The notes: generated from the letters alone by a model not told the origin. A stretch of DNA of 64,000 nt from Octopus sinensis (GCF_006345805.1 NC_043004.1:30566001-30630000); one strand, 5' to 3'; shown: positions 1-14,564, numbered from the stretch's first letter. Program-made: numbers and translations.

Positions 1-1369
1 TATATAACTCTGAAAATGTTATAAATTCTGAATATAGCAGAACATGCAAGGACATGTGAAATTGGGAGTTTTTAATCCAGAAAACATGAATGGAAAAAAA
101 TATCTGAATAGAAATAAAGCTTGTTAATCATCTTATGTAATTATTAGTTTTTCTTCTCATTAAGCATGTTACTGATGACTTAACTGTTTGTTTACTCTGC
201 TGATGTCAGCCCTGGATAATCTACCTTACTCATGATGTTATGTTGTCTCTCCAGCAACATCTACTGTAATTCTTTTATTACTAGTCTAACAAGTATGGAA
301 AAGACTAAGCTTTGCTGAAGACTTCTAATAAAACAGGATCATATCCAAAACTGTCAATTAACATAAAGCTTTGTGTTAATGTTTGTTTCCACTGATCACA
401 TATGTAAGCCTCAGTTTCATTTAATTGAAATTTCAAAGTGTTTCTCCTTTCTTTCCTTGATCAGATTTAAACAGGTTAATAATTTTCTGTCTACAGGAAG
501 AGGAATTTTGATTAATTAATGTCTGCTTCTCATATTAAGATAAAAGTACTGATTAATTAAAACTGAAAATATCATGTATTCAAGAAGTTTTCTACAGCAA
601 AACAGGTTATTGTTTGTTTGGCTTCCCTCAATATAAAACTTGAAATATTTCAGCCTGACACATTATGAATGTAAGGTGACAAAATGGTTGATTTAATAAA
701 GTGATGAACTGCAGTGTTGTAGGTTCAAATCTACTGAAGGTATTTTCTTGCTTATTTATGGATATTTGATCCTACATTCTCCCAGTGGTGGCATTAAGTG
801 CTAGATTTTTCTGGGAAAGCTACAAGTAGTATTCTAGCATCTTGTTCAATGGTGTAGAGTAATTGCGTCTCATCTGCAGAGACTTTAAGTAGACAAAGCT
901 TAAGATGTTAAAACAGGATTAATATCTCAAGTGGTCTTGGCTATGTTGTCCTCTTCACTGATTAGTATATCTTCCTCTACCTAATATCATCCATCATCAT
1001 TGCTCTCCTTCTCCCTTCTATTCTCTCCTCCATCAAAGTGCAGAGAAACCCCTTTGACCTCGTAAAATGTCTTTATCCATCTTGCTTACCTTCTCCAGAT
1101 GATATTCATCAAATATCACTTCTCTCTACCTTTCCTATGCACTTCTTCATTGCACATATAGTCCATTAGTAGCACACCCCTCTTCACTTAATCTTTCCAC
1201 ATTATTAAAATACCCACCTCTATCCATATATCCACTTATCTTTCTTAAAATTGTTCCTAACCTCTCCTTTCAGGGTGTGCTCATAGCAACTCACCCTGTT
1301 CCTCAACATGGCAGTGGGAAAATGTCTGCCTTCCAGAAGTACTCCTCTGCCTATTGATTGACGTAGGAT

Positions 1370-1603
1370 TCAGCCTGGAAAGTCCTCATCTTCGATCATT
1401 TCAAACTTTTGTTGATTTGCTTCATCCATTTCTACACACAAATTCAAAGCACTTCCTTTTAAATACAACGACATAAAACTGGTCATATCGTGTATGCTCA
1501 GTAGTTTTGCAACGAACCCCACATTTTTAATCCTGGCCACCACGTCAGGTATTCTAGAAAACAGTCTCAAAACGTCGCTGTCAATCCTCATTCTCGTGGC
1601 CAT
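1370..1603 (-). mobile_element. Decayed Gypsy-type gag N-terminal fragment
   Basis: ORF track peptide MATRMRIDSDVLRLFSRIPDVVARIKNVGFVAKLLSIHDMTSFMSLYLKGSALNLCVEM resembles the FSGEGDVVAWLKKVxLVAKL...LYLEGDALALY gag N-terminus of invertebrate Gypsy elements; isolated, with no pol nearby. Confidence 0.6.
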
Positions 1604-1902
1604 ATTGAATATCGAAAGTAGAAAGGAAGAAAAAATATCCTTACAATAGAAAAACAATGTTCCGAAATAGTTTGTACAAGGGATGGTAAAAGTAAAATGC
1701 TCTTACCTTAGAATGAACTTCAAACTGAGAGGTAAACTACTCTTCCCTTAGGATCATGGAAAAACTTGCTGCACAAACTTGTATGCTCACTCTTCCCACC
1801 TTGGCTGCCAGCAGAAACAAAACAAATTCCCAGCTCCTCAATGTGATGTCACTACTTCCGTAGTTTCTAGTTCTGACGTCTTCTTTCACTTCTCTACATA
1901 CA

Positions 1903-2729
1903 TACGAGATGGTATATAAAACGTTCTTGGACTGTAGTTGTGTAGCATACCAATAAATAGCAGCAAACAGTTGCGTGCAAAGTGAGGGCTAGTAGAAACC
2001 TTCATGAGGCATTGTGCCGAGTGACATAGTTGTATTTACTTCGCAAGTTGTGAAATTTGTATTTTCGAGATCATGTCTATGCTGTAGTCTGCGATTTTGT
2101 CATGGACAGGAAGAACGAGCCAACGTGAAATTTTGCATTAAACTAGGAGCATCAGCTACAGAGACACTGAGCATGCTTATGGCAACGAGGCAATGGGTCT
2201 TTCGCAATGTTTTGAGTAGCACAGGTGCTTCAAAAGAAGAATGTCCCTGTAAGACGATGAGTGATCAGGAAATGTGGTATTGTGCATCGAGAATTTATCC
2301 CCCCGGGCCAGACCGTCAATCAAGAGTTCTACTGTGACGTTTTGAAATGTTTGAGGGAAGACATTCGGCGAAAGTGACTGGATCTGTGAAACGCGAGGAA
2401 CTGGATTCTTCACGATGACAATGCACCCTGTCACCAAGCTCTCCTTAAATGTGAGTTTCTTACCAAAAAGCACCAACGAACTTCCATCTCTTCTCTAAGA
2501 TGAAAATGTAGCTCAAAGGTCGCTGTTTTAACACCATGGTCGAAATCCAGAGCGAATCGCAGTAGGTCCTCGACTCGTTTAATGAAAACGACCTCCATGC
2601 CGGAGGAAATGGGACTGGTGTAGTGCTGTGCAAGGTGACTATTTCAAGAAGATCATGCAAAGACGTAGGTAAATAAGTTATGTTTTATTAAACATGACTT
2701 GTCCAGGAATCTTTCGATACCACCTCATA
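1903..2729 (+). mobile_element. Internally deleted mariner element with both TIRs
   Basis: Left end tacgagatggtatataaaacgttcttggac matches the reverse complement of the right end (tatgaggtggtatcgaaagattcctggac); TA at both ends; HTH peptide EERANVKFCIKLGASATETLSML; frameshifted transposase remnants. Confidence 0.85.
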
Positions 2730-2806
2730 CATAATACATACATATGTACATACACACATACATACATATGTACATACATATGTACATACATATATATGTA
2801 CATACA

Positions 2807-2842
<36 letters not shown>

Positions 2843-2850
2843 TACGTACA

Positions 2851-2881
<31 letters not shown>

Positions 2882-3110
2882 GTACGTACATACATACATA
2901 TGTACGTACACACATACATATGTACGTAAATACATACATATGTACGTACAGAGATACTTATGTACGTACATACATACTTATGCACGTACATAATACATAC
3001 ATACATACATACATACATACATACATACATACATGCATGCATACATATGTAGTACATACATATATATACATACATGCATACGTACATAGATACGTACTTG
3101 TGTGTGTGTA
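2729..3110. repeat. (TACA)n microsatellite
   Basis: Direct reading; source of several spurious MYVC/HTYI ORFs. Confidence 0.95.
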
Positions 3111-3114
3111 CATA

Positions 3115-4025
3115 TATTGGGTCAGCCCATAAACAATGCGGTTTTTTTTTCAATTTCATGAACTAAAATTCGGAGCGGGGCAGAATAAACTACCTGCTAT
3201 AAAAGCAGGTAGTAATTTCACCTTGTACTTATTCTTAGTGCAAGTTTTGAAGAGTGCAGTTCAATTTTAACAATTATTTTTTCAGAACTATAATGGAAGT
3301 GGCAAAGGAGCATATTCGGCATATTTCGCTTTATGAGTTCAATAAAGGCAACAACGGAACGGAAAGTGCGAGGAATATTTATGTAGTACATGGGGATATA
3401 ACAATAAGCATAAGCCAGTGTCAACGGTGGTTCCAGAAATTCGGAGTGGGAAACTACAGCCTAGAAGACGAGCCTCATCCTGGAAGATCTGTAGAGCTCA
3501 ACGAGGACGTCCTTCAAACCCTGATGGAACAAAATCCCATCATAACTGTTGAGGAACTAGCAGAGAATCTTGGATTTGGTCATTCAGCCAGTCATTCAAG
3601 TCAGCACTAGAAGAAAAACTACCATCTTTGGTTTCGAGATGGAAGCTGTTCTTCTATCAGGATAATGCTCGGTCACATACAGCGAGGATGACATTCCAAA
3701 GGCTGGAACAGTTTGAATGGGAAACGATGCCACAACCATCATATTCGTCGAACAGTGCTCATTTATTCCGCAGTTTTCAAAATCATTTGGACGGAAAGTA
3801 TATGAATTCTGTGGACGCGGTGAAAGTAGTAATGGGGGAGTATTCTTCGTCACAGATAAGTGAATTTTGAAAGAGGGGCCTTGCAAGTCTACCAGATTGA
3901 TTGAAGAGCATTGTAGAAAAATGAAGGAGAGTATATTTTTAGATTTGAAAAAAAAAACTTTGTTTATCTTAATTTTGAAGAATAAAGAAGTATAAAAAAC
4001 CCGCATCATGTGGTTCATGAAAATA
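3115..4025 (+). mobile_element. Mos1-like mariner relic, internally deleted
   Basis: MEVAKEHIRHISLYEFNKG...CQRWFQKF...LEDEPHPGR (HTH) and FYQDNARSH...MPQPSYS (DD34D region); degenerate TIRs sharing atgcggttttt/aaaaacccgcat. Confidence 0.85.
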
Positions 4026-5199
4026 TAAGAGTTTTTAATTACAAAGGCTCCTTATACTTCAAGAAATCTTGGCCAATGAGAGAACAGCCTCTAAATGGTT
4101 TCTTAACTTGCTAGAAATAGCAACAAAACCTCCCTCAACTTGACGTTAAAAAATATAGTGACTGTATTTAGCTGTTGACATTGGTTTTTCTGCTTTGTTG
4201 CAAATGTTATTCTAACCAGTCAGAAATTTTATCGCACCAGTCACTAGTTAGTTGTTTGGGTCACTAAAGCAACATGTGGCTGGCTTTTGGCTCCATTTAT
4301 TTGACATCAGACTAATCTAACAGTTGACTTCCTAGCCTCTCTTCATTCAGACACCGGGATGCTACAACACGAAACAGAAGTGATTCTTTTTCAACTTTCT
4401 CAAATCATGATATACATTAAGCTGAACGGAGAATCTTTGAACAACATCTATTTCTGCCTGCTTAAATAAAACAACACACACACAAAAAATGACTTATCTT
4501 GTCTGTCTTTACTGTTGTCAATCATCTTCTCACAAATATGTTGAACATATATGAACATATATGAATACATTTCCAATAATAAATAATTCAACTGTCCTCG
4601 TAAAACAGTAGTCTACATATGTACATCTCAAAACACACGTCAACTTGGTCTTAATTAAAGCTACTAATTAAAATCCGTATATTCTATACCTGAATTATAT
4701 CTTAATTTAAAATACATTCCCAAATCACGTGCTGTATATGATTAGAAGAGAGCTATTTTTTAGTTGGTAAGTGGAAAATAATTAGCCTCGAAGAATTGGA
4801 CAAGAACTGGTATCAGCGTAGGATCATAGACAGGTGGCTTCAGACACGATGGCCTCTACTTGGAATGCTAGGCTGCTTTTGTTGTAGCTTGACAAATAAG
4901 TAACCAAAATATTGCAAACTTTTGACTCGACTCAATATGTATGTATTTTCTATTTATAAATTATTATAAATCTTCCAAGTAAATGGACTGAAACAAGTAA
5001 AATTTCATATGCGTAAGTTCATCTATCAGTCTGTCTGTAAAATAGCCATCTATGTATCATACTTAATGCATATATGCATCGTTGATAGCCCAAGTACTGA
5101 GGTACTGGTCCTGAGATAACCTCTCTTCTGAACATGATTTGTTAAAAACTCAATAAATATAGGAAGAAAACGAAAAATGGCCCTAGTAGTAGCCAGCGA

Positions 5200-5960
5200 G
5201 AACACCAAATGCATTTCGGCTTTTTGAGGCCTTTTCAGAATCCACAAAGCAATCTAACAATCTAACTGCCGAACCGACGAGTGACCATCGAAGAGGTGGC
5301 ATGTTCTCTGCAGATTAGTCATGCTTCTGCATACGAAAGCATCTACCACAAGCTTCGCTTCTATAAAGTCTGTGCGAGGGAGATTACTGACGTGCACATG
5401 CACAATCATGTATTTGTGTGGTGATCTATCAACGCTTACGCGACCGTTACAACGATGAAGGCAATACTATTTTAAAGAGAATAATCACATGAGATAAGGC
5501 CAAGGTTCATCACTTTCAACCAGAATCCCAAAGGCAAAGTGTGGAGAGGAAACACCTGGAATCACCAACGAAAAAGAAATGCAAGACTCAACCTTTCGCA
5601 GAAAAAGTGATGGTAACCGTTTTTCTAGGGAAGGGCACAAAAGGTCCTATATTGGCCATTACCAGAAAAAAGTGGCCTAAGTCACCAGTGAAACCAGCAA
5701 TACACACTCAACGCCGAGGTCTATTGTCAAAGCAAATGTTATTTTTGTACGGCAATGCTCACCTATATACTGTCATCTACAGCGTAAAAACGATTGAAAA
5801 ATTGGGTTTCAAGTTGCAGGGACAACCTGCATACAGTCCCGATCTCGCCTCTTCCATTGGACCAGGCAAATATACTTTACAAGGTCGTCGATTTGCTATG
5901 AACGAAGCTCAAGAAACGGAACATAAATGGCTGCGTGATGTAATTGTTCAACCCTTGCTT
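5200..5960 (+). mobile_element. Mariner transposase pseudogene fragment
   Basis: NRRVTIEEVACSLQISH...KVCAR upstream, then ORF MERKHLESPTKKKCKTQPFAEKVMVTVF...YGNAHLY...PAYSPDLAS; same family as 42760-43560. Confidence 0.85.
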
Positions 5961-6014
5961 TTGTTTTAATAAATTACAGGAAACAAGAATGCGTATAATT
6001 TTTGACTTCCCTCG

Positions 6015-7140
6015 TATGTTATGTTTTGTACACCCGAGAAACTTTTCAATATAAGACGCTTCAGTGCAGATTCACAAGTCATGTCATCGTTGCTCAGAGA
6101 ACTTTTCTACGTAGATGACTGCGATCTCTTCGCTTACACTCAAGAAGACATGCAATGTATTATGGACTCCTCCAAATCTTGTACTGCGCTAGACTTGATG
6201 ATAAGTCCTAAAAAGACTGCTGTCTTTTATCAGCCTGAGCCAGGAGAGCCATACTCGGAACCAGATATCTGAGTGTACGGTCGGATTGGTCTGTGTATCC
6301 TGGTAGCACCCTTAATAAATGCATTTTTGAAAATGAAATCTCGATAAGAATCAGTAAAACATTGGTGCTTTTAGAAAGCTGGAAAAGCGCCTGTGGTCTC
6401 AACGTGGTATCTGTACTGATACTAAAGTGAAGATTTATATAACGTGTGTGTTGGTCGCCCTGTTGTACCCTTGGGAGATGTGGGTAACCTATCAAAAACA
6501 TCTGAAGCAGCTGGAACACTTCCACCAGCGTTGTCTATGCCATATCTTGGGCTTACATTGGAAAATGTGCGTAAGTGATGTAGAGGTCCTTGAAAGAAGT
6601 CACTGTCAAAGTAATATGCCAATCCTTTTGCAGTACGGACTATGATGGACGGGTCACTTAGTGAGAATGGTAGACTACTTGACTCCGAAGCAACTCCTAT
6701 GCGCTGAAGAAAGAAATCGTCCATTTCATAAACTTAAGCTGAAGTTCAAAGATTGCATGTAAACACCCTTCAAGAAAGCTAACATCTCGGTAAAAGACTG
6801 GGAAGAAAAATGCAACAGATTGGGTAAGATAGAGGAAAGAAATATATGACAGAAGTGAGGATTTCGAAATAACTCGAAAAGGTCAAGAAAAGTTGAAGAG
6901 GGATGTGTGAAAGGGTTTGAAGGTAATATTTCCAGGATATATGGGTGACCAGAGTGAGCTAACATGAATGTGAGAGAGTCTGCTTCAGCAGAGCGCGACT
7001 GAAAAGTTACAAAAGAAACCATGTATAGGGAGCTGGCTTGGACTGCGCCTTACACTGCATAACTACAATGCCTTGAATGCAGCAAGATTTGCTTATCACT
7101 GGGGGCTTGAAACAGCATATGAAAGTGCTTGATGACCAAC
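6015..7140 (+). mobile_element. RTE/BovB-like LINE 3' fragment (RT C-terminus)
   Basis: KLFNIRRFSADSQVMSSLLRELFYVDDCDL...ISPKKTAVFYQPEPG and LYPWEMWVTYQKHLKQLEHFHQRCLCHIL match RTE-BovB-type motifs; frameshifted. Confidence 0.8.
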
Positions 7141-8184
7141 AAGCGGGTCCTGTAGTTGGAGGTACTCATGTATATAACATCTGAGCCAAAGAGTGCAGGT
7201 CATCCTAAAAAGTTACACCCTTACTGCTCACGCATAAGACCAATCCTGAATGCTTCAACACGCGCGCGCATACGTACATACGCACGCACATGCGTACGTA
7301 TGTATGTATTTGTGTCTGTTTCCGTGCCTATCTTTTACAGTGTATAAACCGCTGGTTATTTGGGTCTCATTATGTCAAAACAGCGACTTATCGGCTGGAT
7401 AAAAGAATATCTATGAAATAACTACCCGGCAGAAATAGGTACTGGAAACTAAAACCTTTGACGACGGTACCCCAGTAGAGACATCGCAGCAAAACATAAT
7501 CCAAGAGTTCAGTAAAATTTATTATGTAAACTGCTTGGAAACACTATTTTCAATTTAGAAACAGTTGATATATAAAAACATTTAGATTATATTGATTAAC
7601 TGCGAAAGATTATGCCAGGTCTGGTACTTCAGACACAGATTGTGATAAATGTATAAACTTCTTTAGTTTTTACCATCGTTAATGGACACTAAACGAAGAG
7701 AATATTCACTGAAAACTCTTGCAAATTTCAGCCATTTCAGATTGAATTGTTCAATTAATATATTTAATGAAGTAAAAAATTTTCAGGAAAAAAATATATT
7801 TGTATACTTCCGAAATGTTCTGTTTGCGATGTAATTGTTTAATTTATTTATGGGTTGCATATAATCGATTTTTTTTTTTGTTTTTGTTACTTCGCACATT
7901 ACAAATTTTTGAAGAAAAGAGACGGAATTTAACCGTTTAATCGAATCATAGCGCTGTTATTTACTTTGGTGGGAGATAAAAGTCGATCCTAGAAAAAATT
8001 TGTTACCAAACCCAAATATACAAAGGAATTGGCAGGGTGTATAGAAATTACAGAAAACAACAGAAAAGGTATAGAATTGCCAATTCAAAGCATGAAATTA
8101 TGTGTTTATGTGTACACACACACACATACGCACCCAAATTACAATGAAGTAGAGTACAGCGAGCTATCACGACAAGCAAGTATT

Positions 8185-8430
8185 ATTTAAGGTGTCTCCT
8201 TATGCTTGCGACGACATAGACACTCTCTCAGCCCTTCCGTTCCCTACCCAGCGGAATATCCAAGATGTGATGGCTGGAGGTAAAGAAAACTGCACTAGCA
8301 CCTGGCTGGAACTTATTACAGTTGGATGTACTGTAACAACTTGTTTTGCTCAAGGACACAACACACCACCTGATACAGGAATTGAAACCACGAGTTCAGC
8401 AGCATGAACCTAAAACACTTACCACTATGC
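8185..8430 (-). mobile_element. tRNA-derived SINE, degraded
   Basis: Minus strand begins gcatagtggtaagtg...ggtttcaattcc (A/B-box-like), followed by gtccttgagcaaaac. Confidence 0.6.
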
Positions 8431-8489
8431 TTACGTATGTATGTACCTAGATAGATGTGCGTATATATATATATATATATATTTATATA

Positions 8490-8680
8490 TAGGGAGAGTT
8501 TACGAAAAAAAACAAAAGACGAAGACAGGTGGTGTACAAAATAAACAGATGTATTAGTATAACGTTCAGGAATAGAAAAAGTCTTTTACGTGTCGAGCCT
8601 ACGCTCGAAGGGACACAGAAAAAACAAGGAGAGAAAAAAATGTGTGTAGTGGCTAACGGTCTATCATGGCGACTGGTATA
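8490..8680 (-). mobile_element. Penelope-like terminal-repeat fragment (family A); HHR core deleted
   Basis: Same sequence as 14565-14765 and 20890-21075; retains gagcgtaggctc and cgtaaaag but lacks the CUGNNGA segment. Confidence 0.6.
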
Positions 8681-9271
8681 TATACATATATATATAAAAT
8701 GTGTGTGTGTGTTTGTTAATCGAAGTGTATTGTATCATATATCAATTACGATCGATCTTACCAATTGCTTTCGCATAAGAGGTTCAACAGAATGTTAGGT
8801 AACAGCCCTATTATGTAATCCTACGTAACTGCCATCTCTGAAGAGTGCGGGTTGTTACCTAAATGTCTATTGAACCCCTAATGCGAAACCGCTTAGTAAG
8901 ATCGGCCGTAATGGATATATAATACCGTACACTTCGATTAATATACCCGCTCTATTGACGAATAAACGAGTGCATATTTTTTCTGACTTATAGATTCTTC
9001 GATAAGTAGGTAGGTATGCATGCATGTATAAGTATATATGCATGTGTGTTTGTATTTATTAATGTATAACTTCAGGCGTTTTATCATATTTTATGTTACT
9101 GTCATTCTACTGTTTAGTTAGTTGGAAAGCAACATCTGATGTGCTGAAGAGTTACTCTACCACGCAGCCACGTCACATTTGTGACCAACAGCTAAAGCAA
9201 GAACTTTGTCAGCTGTGACGGTGAACAACTTCACAATGACGTTTGTTCCACCTTCCAGTTAATATAAAATT

Positions 9272-9674
9272 GTTACTCTTTTACTCTTTTCTCTTTTACT
9301 TGTTTCAGTCATTTGACTGCGGCCATGCTGGAGCACCGCCTTTAATCGAGCAACTCGACCCCGGGACTTATTCTTTTGTAAGCCCTTTAATTTTTACTAT
9401 CGGTCTCTTTTGCCGAACCGCTAAATTACGGGGACATAAACACACCAGCATCGGTTGTCAAGCAATCCTAGGGGGACAAACACAGACACACAAACACACA
9501 CACACACATATATACATATATACGACGGGCTTCTTTCAGTTTCCGTCTACCAAATCCACTCACAAGGCTTTGGTCGGCCCGAGGCTATAGTAGAATACAC
9601 TTACCCAAGGTGCCACGCAGTGGGACTGAACCCGGAACCATGTGGTTGGTAAAGAAGCTACTTACCACACAGCC
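9272..9674 (-). mobile_element. Full-length octopus-type tRNA-derived SINE
   Basis: ggctgtgtggtaag...ccgggttcagtcccactgcgtggcaccttgg head through to the gactgaaacaagtaaaagag tail; same family at 24878, 39655 and 61025. Confidence 0.9.
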
Positions 9675-11228
9675 TTCCTCCAAAGAAGGGGATAATGAAG
9701 GAAAAGGATGTGATAAGGTGAGTGAATGGTGTAGCCAATCGATTTAGAATGCAAATATTAAAGAACAACAAACATTAAAGCAGATCGTAAGCAGTGGCAA
9801 ATTATTCAGTGTTATGTAAAAGTAGCGAATCCAAATGAAATAGCCACAAAGAGAGAAACAGCTAAGTTCTGAATATAATATAAAGATTCTTTAGACATAA
9901 CAAAGTTCTTCAAAAGTAATAATATAATGTATATTAAAAAAATGTGAAGAGTTAAGTAAATCTTATGAATAGACTAGTTTTCAGTCTTATTCCAGGCTAA
10001 TAAAGATTATGCATACACTCGAAGTCCTTTCATTGAGAGAATAAGTTCTTCGGTGGACGTAACTAGCTTGATGCAGTCTTTCTGACATGGAATGAATACC
10101 AATCTGTATCGATGCCAATAAATATGACAACTTTATTTTCTCTTCGGACATTGTTCAAAATTTAAGAGGAAAGAAAAAAGTAGATAGAAAGAAAAATCTT
10201 TGCAATAATAGTGGTAAATTTGTAATATCACAAAAGTCTTTGGATGTTGGTTGTTTCATTGAAAATCATGGAGAAAGAATGCTACGAAAATTGGTATTGT
10301 AGTAAATAGAGAGTCAATACTTTCATCTAACTGAACTCGCTGCTAGTCGCTCCTCTGGCAGTATTTCAATATTTGCAGTCATTTCTTCTTCTATAGCGCT
10401 TGGTAATGAAATAGAATTATGTTTTTCGGTTTTCTGTGGAAGGATCGCAAAGATCATTACATTTGCAGCTGGTATATACGGAAAAGAAAGAAAAGAAACC
10501 GCCTCGGTTCTCAGAATGGGAGTGGAAGATTTTGCCTTCGCTGCTAATGCAATCCATTGTTAAAATGCAGGCAAAGCACCGCTATAAAATCATATTAGTT
10601 TCTTATCATTACATTTTACATCTTCTTTTTTTATGCGTTTATCTTGGAAAATGCTTGTGGTTCCTCTTGATTTATTGCAGCTATCCTAGTTATTTACTAA
10701 TATGTCTCTATACGTGTATATTTTATTCGTCTTGTCTTCAGCTACCACACATCATTTTCTTACTTTGACACTTCAAGTTCTGCAACATTTTACATAGTCA
10801 TCTGTTAGGTTTAAATAGGGGTAAAAAATGAGGCAACAAACGTTTTAAGTAAACAATTCTTTTCAAGAAGAAAAATAAAAGAATTGATATTCCTTCGTTT
10901 ATGTCTGAATATTTTGTTATATTGTTACATTGCTGATATATTGTGGAAAATGGAGGGGACTAAGATAAAAAAAAAAGTGTTTTTTTTTCTCTTAATAAAT
11001 AAGCTGAACCGAATCTTTTAATGGGAAATAAGAAAATATTACACTTAACAGAATTACCAAACATTTAAAGAAATTTAAGACTACTTCCGTCATTGTTATA
11101 GAGAACACAAACCGCAGGAAGATGGCAGTATGCAATTTTAGTTACAAAATCGATAATTGATGTTCTAGAAACCATTAAACTGTTAGGTTTATATACTGAT
11201 TTCTTAGTTTGACGTAAGAGTTAGATTT

Positions 11229-11231
<3 letters not shown>

Positions 11232-11307
<76 letters not shown>

Positions 11308-11342
11308 TATATATATATAGAATATATATATATATATATAGA

Positions 11343-11383
<41 letters not shown>

Positions 11384-11406
11384 CATATATATATATACAC
11401 ACACAC

Positions 11407-11459
<53 letters not shown>

Positions 11460-11467
11460 ACACACAC

Positions 11468-11505
<38 letters not shown>
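11232..11505. repeat. (TA)n/(CA)n compound microsatellite
   Basis: Direct reading. Confidence 0.95.
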
Positions 11506-11507
<2 letters not shown>

Positions 11508-12079
11508 ATGGGGTGGGGATGACTGTAAGATTGCATGTGTATGATGTTCATGTCTTTTTCAATGGTATTAGTGACTGAAGTGAAGGGAAATGGATACAAT
11601 CAGAGATCGAAACCGGGCAGTAGCTTCAACACTGTCGAATTTTATCTCTAATCCACACAGTTTACTATATTTTTATATTAATTTATTGGGCTTTGGGAAA
11701 ACATTTAACAGATACTATGAATATATGAATATACATTCAGTGTTTTTATAGATAATGATAAATACGCTCGGCTTATTAGTATTACTCTAATTAATGCATA
11801 TGACATTAAAAAGCTAACTTAACAAAAATGAATATTCGGCAACGAAAAAGAAAAAGATTTTTAAAAATATTAATTAATGAGCAATATTATTTTAATTAGT
11901 GTGTGCCTGGTGGGGTTTCCAGGGCTGATAAATGTCTAGTTTTATAGTTAATTATTTGTTGCAAACGGTATTTAAAAGGATTATCTGAGTAAAATACATG
12001 TTCCTCTTAATCGATAAATAATCAATTATACATACATCTACATATATTTTATATAGTAACTATACACATATTTGTTTCA

Positions 12080-12275
12080 GATTTTGGTACAAGGCCAGCA
12101 ATCTTGCGGGAGAGAGGTAAGCCGATTACATCGACCTCAGTGCTCAATTGGCTCTTATCTCATCGACCCAGAAGGGATGAAATGCAAAGTCGACCCCGGT
12201 GGTATCTGAACTCAGAACATAAAGTTGGAAGACTAAGCATTTTCTCCAGCACAGTAACAATACTGACAGCTCGTC
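12080..12275 (-). mobile_element. SINE, second family (MetaSINE-like core)
   Basis: Reverse complement of the gagttcaaatt...gtcgactttgcctttcatcc...gtcgataa core seen at 50258-50476. Confidence 0.7.
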
Positions 12276-12305
12276 ACTTTAGTAACTATACACATATTAA
12301 ATAGT

Positions 12306-12389
<84 letters not shown>

Positions 12390-12427
12390 CACACATGCAC
12401 ACACACACACACGCGCGCGAGTATATG

Positions 12428-14478
12428 TTCTCTTCTGTTTTTAAATCTTTTAATTTTTCCTTTAAGGATGGAGCTGGTTTCTAAAAAAGATACTAAGCTC
12501 CATCGCTGGAATGTAAATAACAAAAACAATGTCACATTTTAAACTTGAGAAAAGTCTGCATATTTTCACTGTTCAACTTACAAATTGTATTTTTAATTTG
12601 TGAGTCAGTTGGTTGATTTCTTTTTCTGAAAACCACAGCTTATCCAAATTGTCACTTGGGCATTTACTTACAAAAAGCAAGTGCACCAGTTATTATTGGA
12701 ATAAATGTGAATTTATAATTTATGAACAAAAGCTGGAGGTTTCAAAGCAATTGCCCATAATTATCCTCTTTCTCTTTGATTTTCGAATAAGTATTCATAT
12801 CAGTAGAACAACTGACCTCTATGACGGTACATATTTTTCTTTTTTGCCCCAAGCAACAATATTCGGCCTATTATGTTTACACTTGGCAGATGTTTTGATG
12901 GGAATATCCCACCAGCTTTCTTTCTGTTGGTGTTCGTACATGTATTCAATAACAGGGGATTCTCTATATTTATTCCAGGATAGTCTTTTGTTCTGAATGA
13001 CATGATATATTGCTTTTGCGACAACGCCATGTCGCATAGGGGGTGGGTAGAACCGTGACGAGATTTTTGGGCAACGGCTAATCCAATTTGTGATGTCTTC
13101 CACAGAAATATGACATAAACTATATTGCGGTTGCACCTTGGAGCTTTAAGGGTTTCACTGTATCTCTTGTTTACTAAGTACTTCGCAGCAATCGCATGTT
13201 TTTGGATTGTAAATGCATAGCCTTGGAAGTGCGATATGATGTCGCAGTCACGATCCAGGAGAGGATTTGGTTCATGTCGATATTACTGTCTTCTTCAAGT
13301 CTTTGAGAAACATACTTATGCTTAGTGTATTTTTGGTATGCTGAACGTTTCACACCAAGGTCTTCTTTGAGTTGTTAGTCTGACTGTTTGGGTGTTGTAT
13401 AAGAAATCACTAGGAAGGGAGTGCTTCGTGAGGTGCTCGCTGTTGATACGTAGGATATTGCTTTCCTCACTTTCCAGCACTAAGTTAATGTATTTATTTT
13501 TGAAGCTGTTATTTTGCAAGCATTGTCGAAGGTTATTTTGCACTGATTTCACGCCTCTACCTCCTTTATCTGTTCTCAGGTAAAGCCTGTCGATACCACT
13601 ATTCATGCGGAGATTTCCAATTGTTGCTCGTGTCTTGCGGGTTTTAACGTCTATAGAGTAGGTTTCTTCTATAAACTACCCAGGTATACCAAATGTCGGA
13701 ATCAAAACTGGTGCTGCAAATGCATAGTGATATATTGTCTTGATGTAAGATGAGAGTTCTGACTGCCACACTCTTTTAAGTCTGGCATAATATCCTCGGG
13801 TCATTCCATCTTTATTCACAGTTTGTATGATATGTTTTCATCAATGCCAAGGTATTTGTAGCATTCGTTGTATGCAGCAGAAGAGATAGTGAGACCGTTT
13901 ATGCACAGGTTTGAGTCTGGAAGACTGATTACCCGCGTTCAACAAATATGAACCTTACTTTTGGCTAAATTCCATTCTCATGTCAGCTGAATATGTTGTT
14001 ATCAATTCCAGCTGTGTTTTGGCATCGTTACCATTTTTAGCATAAACCTTCAGGTCATCCACAAAGAAATTAGGGGTTACATCAATATCTCTGGCAGTTG
14101 CAGACCCCAGCATGTGGTCATTTGATTTTTGTAGTAGGCATGATAATAGATTTAATGCCAAAATGAAAATAATTACAGAAAGTCTCCTTGGAATATTCCC
14201 TTTGAAATATATTTTTTAAGATTGGAGACGGTCATTCTGCTCTCAGTTCTAAATGTAATAATTATTGCCCAGGTTTTTGTGAACCTCTCAATGGCAGTAC
14301 TTAAGGTGGCAGGTACTTTGGGCAAATGTTGACACTTCAGCAGCCATGAGTGAGAAAGAGAGTCGAATGCCTTACTATAATCAAGCCGTACTGTTGTAAG
14401 ACTTCTACGATGTTTTATCACTTCAGACAATACAGCTTCTTTTATCCAAAGTTGTTTGGCACATCTCCACACTTTCTG
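12428..14478 (-). mobile_element. R4/Dong-clade RLE non-LTR retrotransposon, 5'-truncated and decayed
   Basis: RT motifs LDYSKAFDSLSHSW, IFQGD, FFVDDLK; GIDRLY..GGRG; RLE motif KHNRPNIV; 3'UTR homologous to the other two copies. Confidence 0.85.
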
Positions 14479-14564
14479 CATGTGTGTATGTGTGTGTATG
14501 TATGTATACTTGTGTGTGTGTATGTACGTATGTCTATTCATTTTGAATAGTTTCATATAAATAG

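Noticed and set aside
10436-10768. 110-aa ORF with a hydrophobic C-terminus
   Set aside because: Non-ATG start, no recognisable motif or splice context; composition reflects T-rich DNA
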